In this document: in pieces, positions 37,872 through 46,502 of the stretch
Numbering within the stretch: position 1 is the stretch's first letter
Layout: each line of letters begins with the position of its first letter
NCBI GenBank assembly: GCA_964440795.1
Contig: CAYTTQ010000005.1
Coordinates: 1,415 to 65,414, forward strand
Length of the DNA stretch: 64,000 bases
Source of the DNA: an uncultured Desulfobacterales bacterium
Lineage (GTDB): Bacteria > Desulfobacterota > Desulfobacteria > Desulfobacterales > C00003060
Direction of reading: 5' to 3'
Position numbers and translations under genes: made by a program
The notes under the pieces: generated by a model
What the model was told of the DNA's origin: nothing
Databases searched by the model: none
The model's input: the letters and a program-made list of their open reading frames with translations, nothing else

Positions 37872-38447
37872 TCAGACCTCGTTGAACGCCCTAGCCACCC
37901 GGGTTTCCATTTCTCCCGGCAGGGGACCCCCGGAGGCGGGATCGATGGCGTGGACCTTAAAGTCTCCGTCAACTGACACATAGACGGTAACTGTGCCCGG
38001 GGTGAGCGTAATCGAATTGGCAAATGTAACCAGCGCCAAATCCCTTTTGAGGTGACTGCGAAACTTAACAATCTTTGGGTCGATGAGTTCCATCATCCGG
38101 GGGTGAAATACCAGGTACGTAACATGGAAGCTCGCCTTAAAAACCTGTACCAACAGCCACGAAATGTACCGTATGAAACGCACCCACTGCGAAAAGCGGC
38201 TTTGTTGGGCACGGGGGGAAAAGAGCAGATCCGATGAGAGGTAGGCAACAATGGCACAGGAGATAAGACCCAAGCTCAAATGAAAGCCATCGAATTTTCC
38301 GGACAGAAGTATCCAGACGGCGAACATGATGACGAAGGTAAGTACAAAGGGCTCAAAATTGAGTCGTCTGGACGACGACTTCCCGCTTGTGCCGGTTTCT
38401 CCGGGAGCCTCCCGACTGATTCTATTTTCCGGATCTGGTCTGTCCAC
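37872..38447 (-). CDS. mrpE: MrpE/MnhE subunit with an N-terminal hydrophilic extension
   Basis: GTG start. FVIMFAVWILLSGKFDGFHLSLGLI and ITLTPGTV motifs. First gene downstream of the sigma-54 promoter. Confidence 0.8.
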   Translation of the reverse strand: MDRPDPENRISREAPGETGTSGKSSSRRLNFEPFVLTFVIMFAVWILLSGKFDGFHLSLGLISCAIVAYLSSDLLFSPRAQQSRFSQWVRFIRYISWLLVQVFKASFHVTYLVFHPRMMELIDPKIVKFRSHLKRDLALVTFANSITLTPGTVTVYVSVDGDFKVHAIDPASGGPLPGEMETRVARAFNEV

Positions 38448-38529
38448 GTTTACCTTATCCCTCCGGTGACGACGAATCTAGCAATCAACCGCCCGTAGGC
38501 CTTAATAAAGACGGACTATTGGGGGCTTG

Positions 38530-38545
38530 AGCAAGTCATGTGCCA
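38530..38545 (-). promoter_or_regulatory. Sigma-54 (-24/-12) promoter for the mrp-like operon
   Basis: The minus strand reads TGGCAC-ATGAC-TTGCT, which fits TGGCAC-N5-TTGC(A/T). It lies ~80 nt upstream of the mrpE start, with a sigma-54 activator gene divergent from it. Confidence 0.72.
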
Positions 38546-38780
38546 AGCCCGCGAATCTGCCTTTTGAAGCCACAACCTGCTAATATCGCACTTTTAATCA
38601 TCGGCCGGTCCCCAAAGGACGTCCCACCTATACCGGCATATTTTTGCCTCAATTGATCGCAGCGGGTAAAAGTTGACATGTTTATGCCGCTTTGATAAAA
38701 GGGCCGAGGTTTTTTCGCACCCGGTTGCCCGCTTGAAAACCCGGCGGCGGCAAAGGGGGCGGTCCCGGTTTCGGGAGCGT

Positions 38781-38796
38781 TGGTAACGGTTTGGCC
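38781..38796. promoter_or_regulatory. Perfect 16-bp palindrome TTGGCCGGCCGGCCAA (candidate activator binding site)
   Basis: Read directly. It lies ~240 bp upstream of the sigma-54 promoter (minus sense) and ~75 bp upstream of the activator gene start. Confidence 0.35.
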
Positions 38797-38869
38797 GGCC
38801 GGCCAAAGGCAGTCGGCCACGCCGAAGAAAGACGGCAAAAAACAACTCAAACGTGGGAGGTAGCGGACC

Positions 38870-39952
38870 ATGTGCCCTCATAGGGTCGCCCTGCACGACC
38901 GGATAGAACCGGATGTTTTCCCAGAGTTTGTCGTGGTCAGCGCGCACATGCGCGCTGTCATGAAAGCGGTTCAGCAGATCGCCCGCTTTGATGCCAACGT
39001 ATTGATATACGGGGAGTCGGGAACAGGGAAAGAACTGATGGCACGTATCGTGCACCAAAAGAGTGGGCGCAACGACAAACCTTTTGTCCCCGTAAATTGC
39101 GGCACGCTTTCGGGAGAATTGTTTGAAAGCAAGCTTTTCGGCCACGAGATGGGCGCCTTTACAGGAGCCACCAAACGCACAAAAGGCAGATTTGAACAGG
39201 CCCACCGGGGCACGCTTTTTCTCGATGAGGTTTCGGAAATCTCCCTGCCGAACCAGGCAAACTTTCTTCGTGTGCTGGAAGATGGGTGTTTTCGCAGGAT
39301 CGGAGGCGAGGCTCCCACACAGGTGGACGTACGGATCATCGCCGCAACAAACAAAAACCTGGTGGAATCGGTAGAGGCGGGACTCTTCAGGAAGGACCTT
39401 TACTATCGGCTACAGGTCATTCCCATCAACCTGTTGCCGTTGAGAAAAAGGAAAGAGGCTATCCCCCACTTGGCGGCATATTTTACGGAACGCTTTGCCA
39501 AAATATACCAGAAAGAAAAGATCACGCTCAGCAACGACGCCGTCGAACACTTGGTGAATTACGACTGGCCCGGCAACATCCGTCAACTCAAGAACCTGAT
39601 GGAACGCTTGTCCTTGATGGCCCCAGAGACATGGGTCACGCCGGAGGATTTTCCGGAAGAACTTACGTCGTCCGTCTCCCAACGGGAAGCGCGGGAGACC
39701 TCCTCGGCGGACCAACCGGAAGAAGCCGCCACCGGTTATCCCGTTCCCGGAGGCGTTGAGCCGCTGCGTACGGCCCGGCACCGAATTGAAAAAACCTTGA
39801 TTGTTCGCGCCTTAGAAATAACCAAAGGGAGGCGGGTCGCCGCAGCGGAACTATTGGAAATCAAGCCGCGCACGTTGAGACAGAAAATGAGTGATTATAA
39901 TATTAAGTTTCAACGGAAAAGGGCCACGGACACCGCGGTGAGTGATAGATGA
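38870..39952 (+). CDS. Sigma-54-dependent transcriptional activator with AAA+ and Fis-type HTH only (no N-terminal sensory/receiver domain)
   Basis: Walker A GESGTGKE begins ~aa 45. GAFTGA loop (GHEMGAFTGAT). C-terminal HTH (AAELLEIKPRTLRQKM). GGGAGG RBS. Confidence 0.9.
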   Translation: MCPHRVALHDRIEPDVFPEFVVVSAHMRAVMKAVQQIARFDANVLIYGESGTGKELMARIVHQKSGRNDKPFVPVNCGTLSGELFESKLFGHEMGAFTGATKRTKGRFEQAHRGTLFLDEVSEISLPNQANFLRVLEDGCFRRIGGEAPTQVDVRIIAATNKNLVESVEAGLFRKDLYYRLQVIPINLLPLRKRKEAIPHLAAYFTERFAKIYQKEKITLSNDAVEHLVNYDWPGNIRQLKNLMERLSLMAPETWVTPEDFPEELTSSVSQREARETSSADQPEEAATGYPVPGGVEPLRTARHRIEKTLIVRALEITKGRRVAAAELLEIKPRTLRQKMSDYNIKFQRKRATDTAVSDR

Positions 39953-40085
39953 CGACAAGAAACCTTGTGCGCATCCGTCTTAAAAAACGACGGCCCATAC
40001 TCAAACGCGAGGAGCCTCAAAGTCGCTCACCCGGAGGAAAAACGGGAGTTCTCCGACAGGCGGCTGGGCAGGCAGCGAGTTATTA

Positions 40086-40553
40086 TTGGGACTGATGGCC
40101 TCAGCAAAACCAAATGCCAGCCCCAGGCTGCTGCTCGTCGACGACGAGGAAATGTACCTGGAATATCTTTCCCGACGCCTGATCAATCGGGGCTATGAGG
40201 TAACCACATGTCTTTCCGGCGAGGAGGCTCTGGAAAAGGCGGGGCGCCACACCTTTGATGTCATCGTCCTGGATGTGCTGCTTCCCGGAATCGACGGCAT
40301 AGAAACCTTGCGGGAAATCAAACGAACAACCCCACTGGCCGAGGTAATCATGCTCACCGGGAACGCCTCCCTGGAGTCCGGCATTGAGGGAATGAAACTC
40401 GGGGCGTATGACTATCTGCGAAAACCCTGTGATACGGCCGATCTGGTAGCTGCGATCAATGACGCATACGGCAAAAAACGGGCGCAAGAACAGCGCATCG
40501 AAGAAACCCTGGAGCGGTATAATGTGCAAGAAAACGGCGGCTCACAGCCTTGA
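40086..40553 (+). CDS. Stand-alone response-regulator receiver protein
   Basis: RLLLVDDEEMYLE..DVIVLDVLLPGIDG..MLTG..KLGAYDYLRKP. Start is either TTG 40086 or ATG 40095. Confidence 0.85.
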   Translation: MGLMASAKPNASPRLLLVDDEEMYLEYLSRRLINRGYEVTTCLSGEEALEKAGRHTFDVIVLDVLLPGIDGIETLREIKRTTPLAEVIMLTGNASLESGIEGMKLGAYDYLRKPCDTADLVAAINDAYGKKRAQEQRIEETLERYNVQENGGSQP

Positions 40554-40608
40554 ACAATCATAGCCTTGACCAATCGTAGTTTTGAACAATCGTAGTTTTG
40601 AACAACAA
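40548..40608. repeat. Tandem 16-bp repeat, about 3.5 units (CCTTGAACAATCATAG / CCTTGACCAATCGTAG / TTTTGAACAATCGTAG / TTTTGAACAAC..)
   Basis: Read directly. It lies in the convergent 3' spacer between the receiver gene and the PAS kinase gene. Confidence 0.85.
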
Positions 40609-40631
40609 GACACCTTCATCAGCGTTTCTCG

Positions 40632-41804
40632 TCAGATGGCGGGGAGGGCCACGATAAAGGTCGTCCCCTGACCTTCCCGGCTGTCGAACCCGATGGTTCC
40701 CCCCAGGTTATTGATAATGTTTTGGCAAATGGACAAGCCTAGGCCGGTTCCTTTTCCGGGAGGTTTCGTCGTATAAAAAAGGCTAAACACATCAGGCTGT
40801 ATGGCTTTCGGTATTCCCCCGCCGTTATCTTCAATACGTATTTCAATCTCAGAGTCGACACGTGCCGTCGTTAACTTAACATAGCCGCCGGTTTCCCGAT
40901 TTTCCGAAACCGCGTGAATCGCGTTGGTAATCAGATTGACAAACACCTGTTCCGACAGTACTGGATCGGATACGACGGAAAGCGGTGTTTCGGGGAAGTC
41001 AAATTCGACCTCGACACTGGCGTGTTTAAGTTCCGATCGCAACAGCTCCACGGTCTCTCGAAGTAGGGCATGGACATCCAGTTCAACCTTGGACGGCGCC
41101 GAATCCCGCACAAAATCGAGCAGCTTGTGAGTAATGTTTCGGCACCGCTTGGTCTGAGCGTTGATTTTGTGGACGGTATCCAGCAGCTCTTGACGATCCT
41201 CCGGTTTTAGCCCTTCGGTATCGCTGATTATTTCTTCAGCCCACCCGGAAGCCTCATTAATTATCGCCAGTGGATTGTTGATTTCATGGGCCAGGCCTGA
41301 AGCCATGCGACCCATTTCCGCCAAGCGGTCAATTTGCACCAAGTCTTCCTGAAGCTTTTTCCAATGCGTTACGTCCTGACAGACACCGATCGTGCCGACT
41401 CTATTGTTTTTACGGTTGATCAGTTCCATCAAACAGACATGGCAATCCACCGGCCGCCCGTCTTTATGGCGAAAGATCACGCCTGCACAACTGGCCTTGC
41501 CGTCCTTCTGACACTGCTCCATCAAGGCTTCAAAGGCGTCCGGATCTTGAGCCAAGTCTCGAACCGGTCGGCCGATAACCTCTTCCATGGTGTACCCCAG
41601 GGAGTTTTCCGCCCCCTTGCTGAAGGATACGACCAAACCGGTCACTTCCGTCATGAAAATCATGTCGGTGGAATTTTGTAAAACGGAATGGAGATATTTC
41701 CGGGTCTGGTCCAGCTCTACCTTATAGCTGGCAACCTCTCTGGCAAGCTTTCTTAATTCATCTGGTACCGAACTAGTCGATTCCATAGATTCTGCGTAGC
41801 TCAA
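40632..41804 (-). CDS. PAS-domain sensor histidine kinase
   Basis: PAS segment (STDMIFMTEVTGLVVSFSKGAENSLGY). H-box GLAHEINNPL. N/G boxes LITNAIHA, DNGGGIP, GTGLGLSI. Confidence 0.9.
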   Translation of the reverse strand: MSYAESMESTSSVPDELRKLAREVASYKVELDQTRKYLHSVLQNSTDMIFMTEVTGLVVSFSKGAENSLGYTMEEVIGRPVRDLAQDPDAFEALMEQCQKDGKASCAGVIFRHKDGRPVDCHVCLMELINRKNNRVGTIGVCQDVTHWKKLQEDLVQIDRLAEMGRMASGLAHEINNPLAIINEASGWAEEIISDTEGLKPEDRQELLDTVHKINAQTKRCRNITHKLLDFVRDSAPSKVELDVHALLRETVELLRSELKHASVEVEFDFPETPLSVVSDPVLSEQVFVNLITNAIHAVSENRETGGYVKLTTARVDSEIEIRIEDNGGGIPKAIQPDVFSLFYTTKPPGKGTGLGLSICQNIINNLGGTIGFDSREGQGTTFIVALPAI

Positions 41805-41816
41805 TCTTTGGCCCGA

Positions 41817-42302
41817 TCAGGGGGCCACAGCCTTTGTGGCCTGGAACACCTCTCCAATAAGGGCGTCTTTCAAGATTATTCCCACCACTGATTGTTCCGC
41901 AACCACGGGGAGCCAATCCGTGCCCTGCAAGTGCATCAGATGAACCGCCTCCGTTAAGGTACCGGTTTCGTGGATTACCCGCGTAACCGGAGACATGACA
42001 TCCGCGACGGCGTTACCGAAAACAGCCTCACATTCCTCCTGAAACTGGCCCTGCCAGAATATGGGGAGTTCATCCGCCGGCTCTCGGGAAGACTCCATGT
42101 GACTGAGAAGCGTTTCGGGCGACAACATCCCGAGAATCTCTTCTTTCTGATCGACCACCTCCACCACCAACAAAAAAGCGGGCAACCCCTGGTACTTTCT
42201 GGTTTTTAAAACCTTGACGGCATGGCCGACCTTTTCTTGGGGGGATATATGCGAAAAGGCTTCCAAAGAAAGCATTAAATCTTTTATACGCTTTTCCGCC
42301 AT
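41817..42302 (-). CDS. CBS-domain pair protein
   Basis: ATG at 42302 with GGGAGA RBS (the listed TTG at 42323 is also possible). Two CBS-like repeats. Co-oriented with, and 12 nt upstream of, the PAS kinase gene. Confidence 0.78.
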   Translation of the reverse strand: MAEKRIKDLMLSLEAFSHISPQEKVGHAVKVLKTRKYQGLPAFLLVVEVVDQKEEILGMLSPETLLSHMESSREPADELPIFWQGQFQEECEAVFGNAVADVMSPVTRVIHETGTLTEAVHLMHLQGTDWLPVVAEQSVVGIILKDALIGEVFQATKAVAP

Positions 42303-42362
42303 ATGGCGTCTCCCGTTACCCAAGCCTGAATGATGGAGGCTCCCTCGCTACAGTGAGGACTA

Positions 42363-42378
42363 AGCAAGCCACGTGCCA
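42363..42378 (-). promoter_or_regulatory. Sigma-54 (-24/-12) promoter for the CBS/PAS-kinase operon
   Basis: The minus strand reads TGGCAC-GTGGC-TTGCT. It is identical to the 38530 promoter at 14 of 16 positions and lies ~60 nt upstream of the CBS gene ATG. Confidence 0.7.
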
Positions 42379-42604
42379 CTAAGCTCACAGCCCGCAAAAG
42401 AACTTAAGGATTTAACTTTACAGGCACTTCTAAAACATCGCCGCTAAAAAGGGGGGGGTGTACAGAATGGGCAAAAACCTGCCGCTAGCCACGTAACGAG
42501 ATCTATGGACGGACGGTGAAGCGAGGGCGTCGATGTGGATCCTCAATGTACGGACGCAAAAAACGCATCATGGGAGCGATCGGTGGTATGGCATTTTTCC
42601 CTCA

Positions 42605-44698
42605 TCACGCCGGTTTTGGCGGTTCAGGGGGCTTATTTATCAGAAGCCGCAACCCGCAACGCAGACAGCGATTCGCTTCAGACCGAGCGGTCTCTTCGTC
42701 AAAAACGGCTTCCACTTCAGGAAATGACGGACGTATTCTTTGATCGATGGGGATGGTCTGCACCTTCGCTCTGGCCAGCGCCGAAAAGTCGTCAACGGTC
42801 CCCAAGCAGCCGTCCGGCGTTTCGATGCGCGCAATGGGCTCAAATATCTCTCCGGTTCCACCCAAGTACTTGTCAATGTCCACAGCCGCCGCCTGTCCCT
42901 GCTTTATCGCTCCCACCACCGTGGCGGGACCGGTTACGGCATCTCCCCCGGCAAAGAGACCGGGCCGCTTACAAGACGATGCCCCGCCCCCTTCTGTTCG
43001 TATTCGTCCCCGATCATCCGTGTCCGCACAAAGGCTTGCGGGTATTTCCGAACGCTGCCCGATCGCCATAATCAAATAGTCGAGTTCCAACCCGAACCGA
43101 GACCCTTCCACAGGAATCGGCTTTCGTCGGCCACTGGCATCCGGACTCCCCAATTCCATATGTATACAGTCGACGTTGATTTTACCGTTCGACTGCGTAA
43201 CCGCCACCGGTGCGGTAAGATAACGGAAAGCCACACCTTCTTCCTGGGCCGCGCCTATCTCATGGGCAAATGCGGGCATTTCTTCACGGGTGCGCCGATA
43301 CAAAAGGGTCACATTCGTCACCCCGATTCTGAGCAGACTCCGAGACACATCCACCGCTACATTGCCCCCACCGACCACGGCAACGGATTGTCCCAATTCA
43401 ACGTTTTCCCCTAAATTGATCTGATAGAGCACGTCAATGCCGTCGAGCACACGAGGAGAGTCACCGCCGGGAATATTCATGTGGACACCCTTGGGGGCAC
43501 CGGGGGCCAAAAAAACCGCATCCGCCCCCTCCTGAAAGAGACGGTCCACCGATTCGATTTTAGTATTCGTTCTTATGTCGACGCCCAATTCGGTGATGGC
43601 TTGAATCTCGCAATCCAACGCCTCATCGGGCAACCGATATGGCGGAATACCCGCTCGCATCATCCCGCCCGCTTTGGGGCCCATTTCATAGACGACGATG
43701 TCGTGTCCTTTTTTTCTTAAAAACCATGCAGCCGTCAACCCGGCCGGACCACTTCCGACAATGGCTACGTGCTTCCCGGTATCCGGGCTCACGGTTATCT
43801 TGTCCTTCCAATCGCCGGAATCCGTCTCGGCCACATATCGCTTCAGATCCTTGATGCAGATGGCCTCATTGACTTCACGTCGGCGGCAGACGTCCTCACA
43901 CGGATGTGGGCACACACATCCCAACGACAAGGGGAACGGCACCTTTTCCCGAATGACATTCAACGCATCTTGATACCGTTGCCCGGCGATCAGGTTGACA
44001 TACCGGGGCACATCAATACCGGCGGGACAGGCCACCCGACAAGGCACCAGGGTGTTTTCACGATTTTGGGCATCTACCGGCTGTTTTTCCCGCAAAGCCC
44101 CGGTCGGACACACTTCCACACATGCCCCACAAAAACGGCACACCGTTTCCCGCAAGGGCCGATCATAACTTGTAGCCACATAACTTTTAATGCCCCGATT
44201 GGCCAGGCCGATGGCGCTGATTCCCCGAATCTCTTTACAAGCCCGATGACAACGTCCACAGAGAATACACAAATTAAGGTCCCGAATGAACAGGGGGTCA
44301 TCTTCGTGTACGGGAACCTGCTTTCGTTCGGGAACAAAGCCGGGTAGTACATCTTTAAGACCGATATAATCGACGACCTTCTTGAACTGGGTTCCTTCGC
44401 GCAGCTCGTCTTCGGGACATTCCGTGAGGAGCAACCATATCAGGTCCTGTCGCAGTTGCCTGAGTTTTTCCGTATCCGTTCTAACGATCATCCCCTCCGT
44501 GGCCTGAACGGTGCACGAGGGCGGCAAGCCTCTCATTCCGTCGATTTCCACGACACAGAGCCGACACGCACCCAACGGCTCCAAGTCCGGATGGTAACAT
44601 AAATTGGGAATATAGATGCCTGCACCGAGACATGCCTCCAGGACGGTGGCACCGGCTTCAGCTTGAATATCTTTGCCGTCTACATTGATGGTAACCAT
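42605..44698 (-). CDS. [2Fe-2S]/[4Fe-4S] N-terminal module fused to a GltD/NfnB-type FAD/NAD(P)H oxidoreductase (Bfu 'A'-type subunit, StnC/NfnC-like)
   Basis: The MVTINVDGKDIQAEAGATVLEAC..CRLCVVEI 2Fe-2S fold resembles NuoG/HydA N-termini. Fe-S Cys clusters follow. Then CRVACPAGIDVPRYV..VCPHPCEDVCRR, VAIVGSGPAGLTAA, VAVVGGGNVAVD. Confidence 0.85.
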   Translation of the reverse strand: MVTINVDGKDIQAEAGATVLEACLGAGIYIPNLCYHPDLEPLGACRLCVVEIDGMRGLPPSCTVQATEGMIVRTDTEKLRQLRQDLIWLLLTECPEDELREGTQFKKVVDYIGLKDVLPGFVPERKQVPVHEDDPLFIRDLNLCILCGRCHRACKEIRGISAIGLANRGIKSYVATSYDRPLRETVCRFCGACVEVCPTGALREKQPVDAQNRENTLVPCRVACPAGIDVPRYVNLIAGQRYQDALNVIREKVPFPLSLGCVCPHPCEDVCRRREVNEAICIKDLKRYVAETDSGDWKDKITVSPDTGKHVAIVGSGPAGLTAAWFLRKKGHDIVVYEMGPKAGGMMRAGIPPYRLPDEALDCEIQAITELGVDIRTNTKIESVDRLFQEGADAVFLAPGAPKGVHMNIPGGDSPRVLDGIDVLYQINLGENVELGQSVAVVGGGNVAVDVSRSLLRIGVTNVTLLYRRTREEMPAFAHEIGAAQEEGVAFRYLTAPVAVTQSNGKINVDCIHMELGSPDASGRRKPIPVEGSRFGLELDYLIMAIGQRSEIPASLCADTDDRGRIRTEGGGASSCKRPGLFAGGDAVTGPATVVGAIKQGQAAAVDIDKYLGGTGEIFEPIARIETPDGCLGTVDDFSALARAKVQTIPIDQRIRPSFPEVEAVFDEETARSEANRCLRCGLRLLINKPPEPPKPA

Positions 44699-44710
44699 TT
44701 TTAAATTTCC

Positions 44711-46465
44711 TCACCGGATCGCCATAAACTCACAGGCCAATATACAGGATTTACATTTTATACATTTTTCTTTGTCGATCTTGGCATACGACTTTTTCTT
44801 CCAGGTGACGGCCTCTGCAGGACACACGTGGGCACACCGCCCACACTTCGTGCACTTGGTTTCATCCACCTCAAAGTGTAACAAGGCCGTACAGACATGC
44901 GCTGGGCATTCCCGTTGCTCAACATGGGCTTCATATTCATCCCCAAAGTACCTGAGCGTGGTGAGCACTGGATTGGGAGCCGTGTTTCCCAGACCGCAAA
45001 GGGAGGTATTCTTTATCGTCTCGGACATGCTTTGGAGAAAACCGATGTGTTCTGTTTTACCCCTACCTTCGGTAATTTCCGTCAACACCTCGTGAAGTCT
45101 TTTGAGGCCGACGCGACAAGGAACACACTTACCGCACGACTCCTCCACCGTGAAGTTAAGGAAGTATCGGGCCACATCCACCATACACGTCTTGGCATCC
45201 ACCACAATAATGCCGCCCGAACCCATGATCGCCCCGGTTTCATTAATCGATTGATAGTCGATGGGCAGATCATGAAGGTCGGCGGGAATACATCCGCCGG
45301 AGGGCCCGCCCATTTGCACCGCCTTTACCCCCGCTCGCTTGTTTAGAGGGCCACCCCCGGGACCGAATACAAGGTCATGGATAGAGGTTCCCATTGGAAC
45401 TTCCACCAGGCCCGTATTTTTGATCTTCCCCGCCAAGGCAAACACCTTGGTCCCCTTTGATTTTTCGGTACCGATGCCGGCGAACCATCCGGCCCCTCGG
45501 GTAACGATATGCCTGACATTGGCCAGGGTTTCAACATTGTTGATGTTTGTCGGCTTGCCGTACAAGCCCTTCTGAGCCGGAAAGGGTGGCCGTACCCGGG
45601 GCATGCCCCGCTGGCCCTCAATCGAGGCCATCAGGGCCGTTTCCTCCCCGCAAACAAAGGCACCGGCGCCCTGAACGATCGACACCTCAAAAGAAAAGTC
45701 CGTTCCCAGAATATTCGCGCCGAGCAAGCCCTCGTGTCTGGCTTGATCGATGGCAATGTTAAGGCGCTTCACCGCTAAGGGGTACTCCGCCCGACAGTAG
45801 ATATATCCCTCCGAAGAGCCCATGGCATAGGCACCGATGGCCATCCCCTCCAATACTGCATGAGGGTCGCCTTCCAGGACGCTCCTGTCCATAAATGCGC
45901 CCGGATCGCCTTCGTCGGCGTTACAAATCATATATTTAATGTCTCCCGGTGCCGCCCTGGCAAACTGCCACTTCAACCCCGTACTAAACCCGGCGCCACC
46001 CCGGCCGCCGAGGCCTGAATCCTTCACTTGCGCTATTACTTCATCAGGCGTCATCTCTAGGGCCTTAACCAGGGCCTCATAGCCACCGACCGCCCGGTAT
46101 TGGTCTATACGCTCCGGATCAATCTCTCCACAGTTGGCGAGGACCACCCGCATTTGTCCCTCAAAAAACCGTTCATAATCCTTACCGGCCAGCCGATTGT
46201 CGACACACACCCCGTCTCGAAGATGCTGTGTCACAATAGTGGAAACATCCTCGGCGGTTACGTATTCATAGGTCACCCGTTGGTCATCTTCAAATACGAT
46301 ATCGACGAGGACGTCCCTGAAAAGGCCTCTGTCCCCCACCCTAACCACCTCATAATCGCTCGTCAGGCCCTGGTGGATCAGTTCCCTTTCAAATGCTTCC
46401 GCCACATCAAGCGCGCCGGCGGAAATCCCACTGGAACCCGTACAGATCAAAATCCTGTTCGCCAT
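44711..46465 (-). CDS. NuoF/HydB-like NADH-binding flavoprotein subunit with a C-terminal 2x[4Fe-4S]
   Basis: GRGGAGFSTGLKWQF FMN/NADH loop, CGKCVPCRVG (N3 cluster), CTKCGRCAHVCP and CIKCKSCILACE. Confidence 0.9.
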   Translation of the reverse strand: MANRILICTGSSGISAGALDVAEAFERELIHQGLTSDYEVVRVGDRGLFRDVLVDIVFEDDQRVTYEYVTAEDVSTIVTQHLRDGVCVDNRLAGKDYERFFEGQMRVVLANCGEIDPERIDQYRAVGGYEALVKALEMTPDEVIAQVKDSGLGGRGGAGFSTGLKWQFARAAPGDIKYMICNADEGDPGAFMDRSVLEGDPHAVLEGMAIGAYAMGSSEGYIYCRAEYPLAVKRLNIAIDQARHEGLLGANILGTDFSFEVSIVQGAGAFVCGEETALMASIEGQRGMPRVRPPFPAQKGLYGKPTNINNVETLANVRHIVTRGAGWFAGIGTEKSKGTKVFALAGKIKNTGLVEVPMGTSIHDLVFGPGGGPLNKRAGVKAVQMGGPSGGCIPADLHDLPIDYQSINETGAIMGSGGIIVVDAKTCMVDVARYFLNFTVEESCGKCVPCRVGLKRLHEVLTEITEGRGKTEHIGFLQSMSETIKNTSLCGLGNTAPNPVLTTLRYFGDEYEAHVEQRECPAHVCTALLHFEVDETKCTKCGRCAHVCPAEAVTWKKKSYAKIDKEKCIKCKSCILACEFMAIR

Positions 46466-46502
46466 TCACATATCCTCTTTCAATTGCGTATTTCCGTCGC
46501 AA

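Noticed and set aside
39046-39061. TGGCACGTATCGTGCA on the plus strand (near sigma-54 consensus)
   Set aside because: It lies inside the activator's own coding region, the -12 element reads GTGC rather than TTGC, and no downstream gene start fits. It is probably coincidental.
38594-39205. 203-aa ORF on the minus strand spanning the mrp/EBP control region
   Set aside because: It overlaps the well-supported sigma-54 activator start on the opposite strand and has no motifs. The region is better explained as promoter/UAS DNA.
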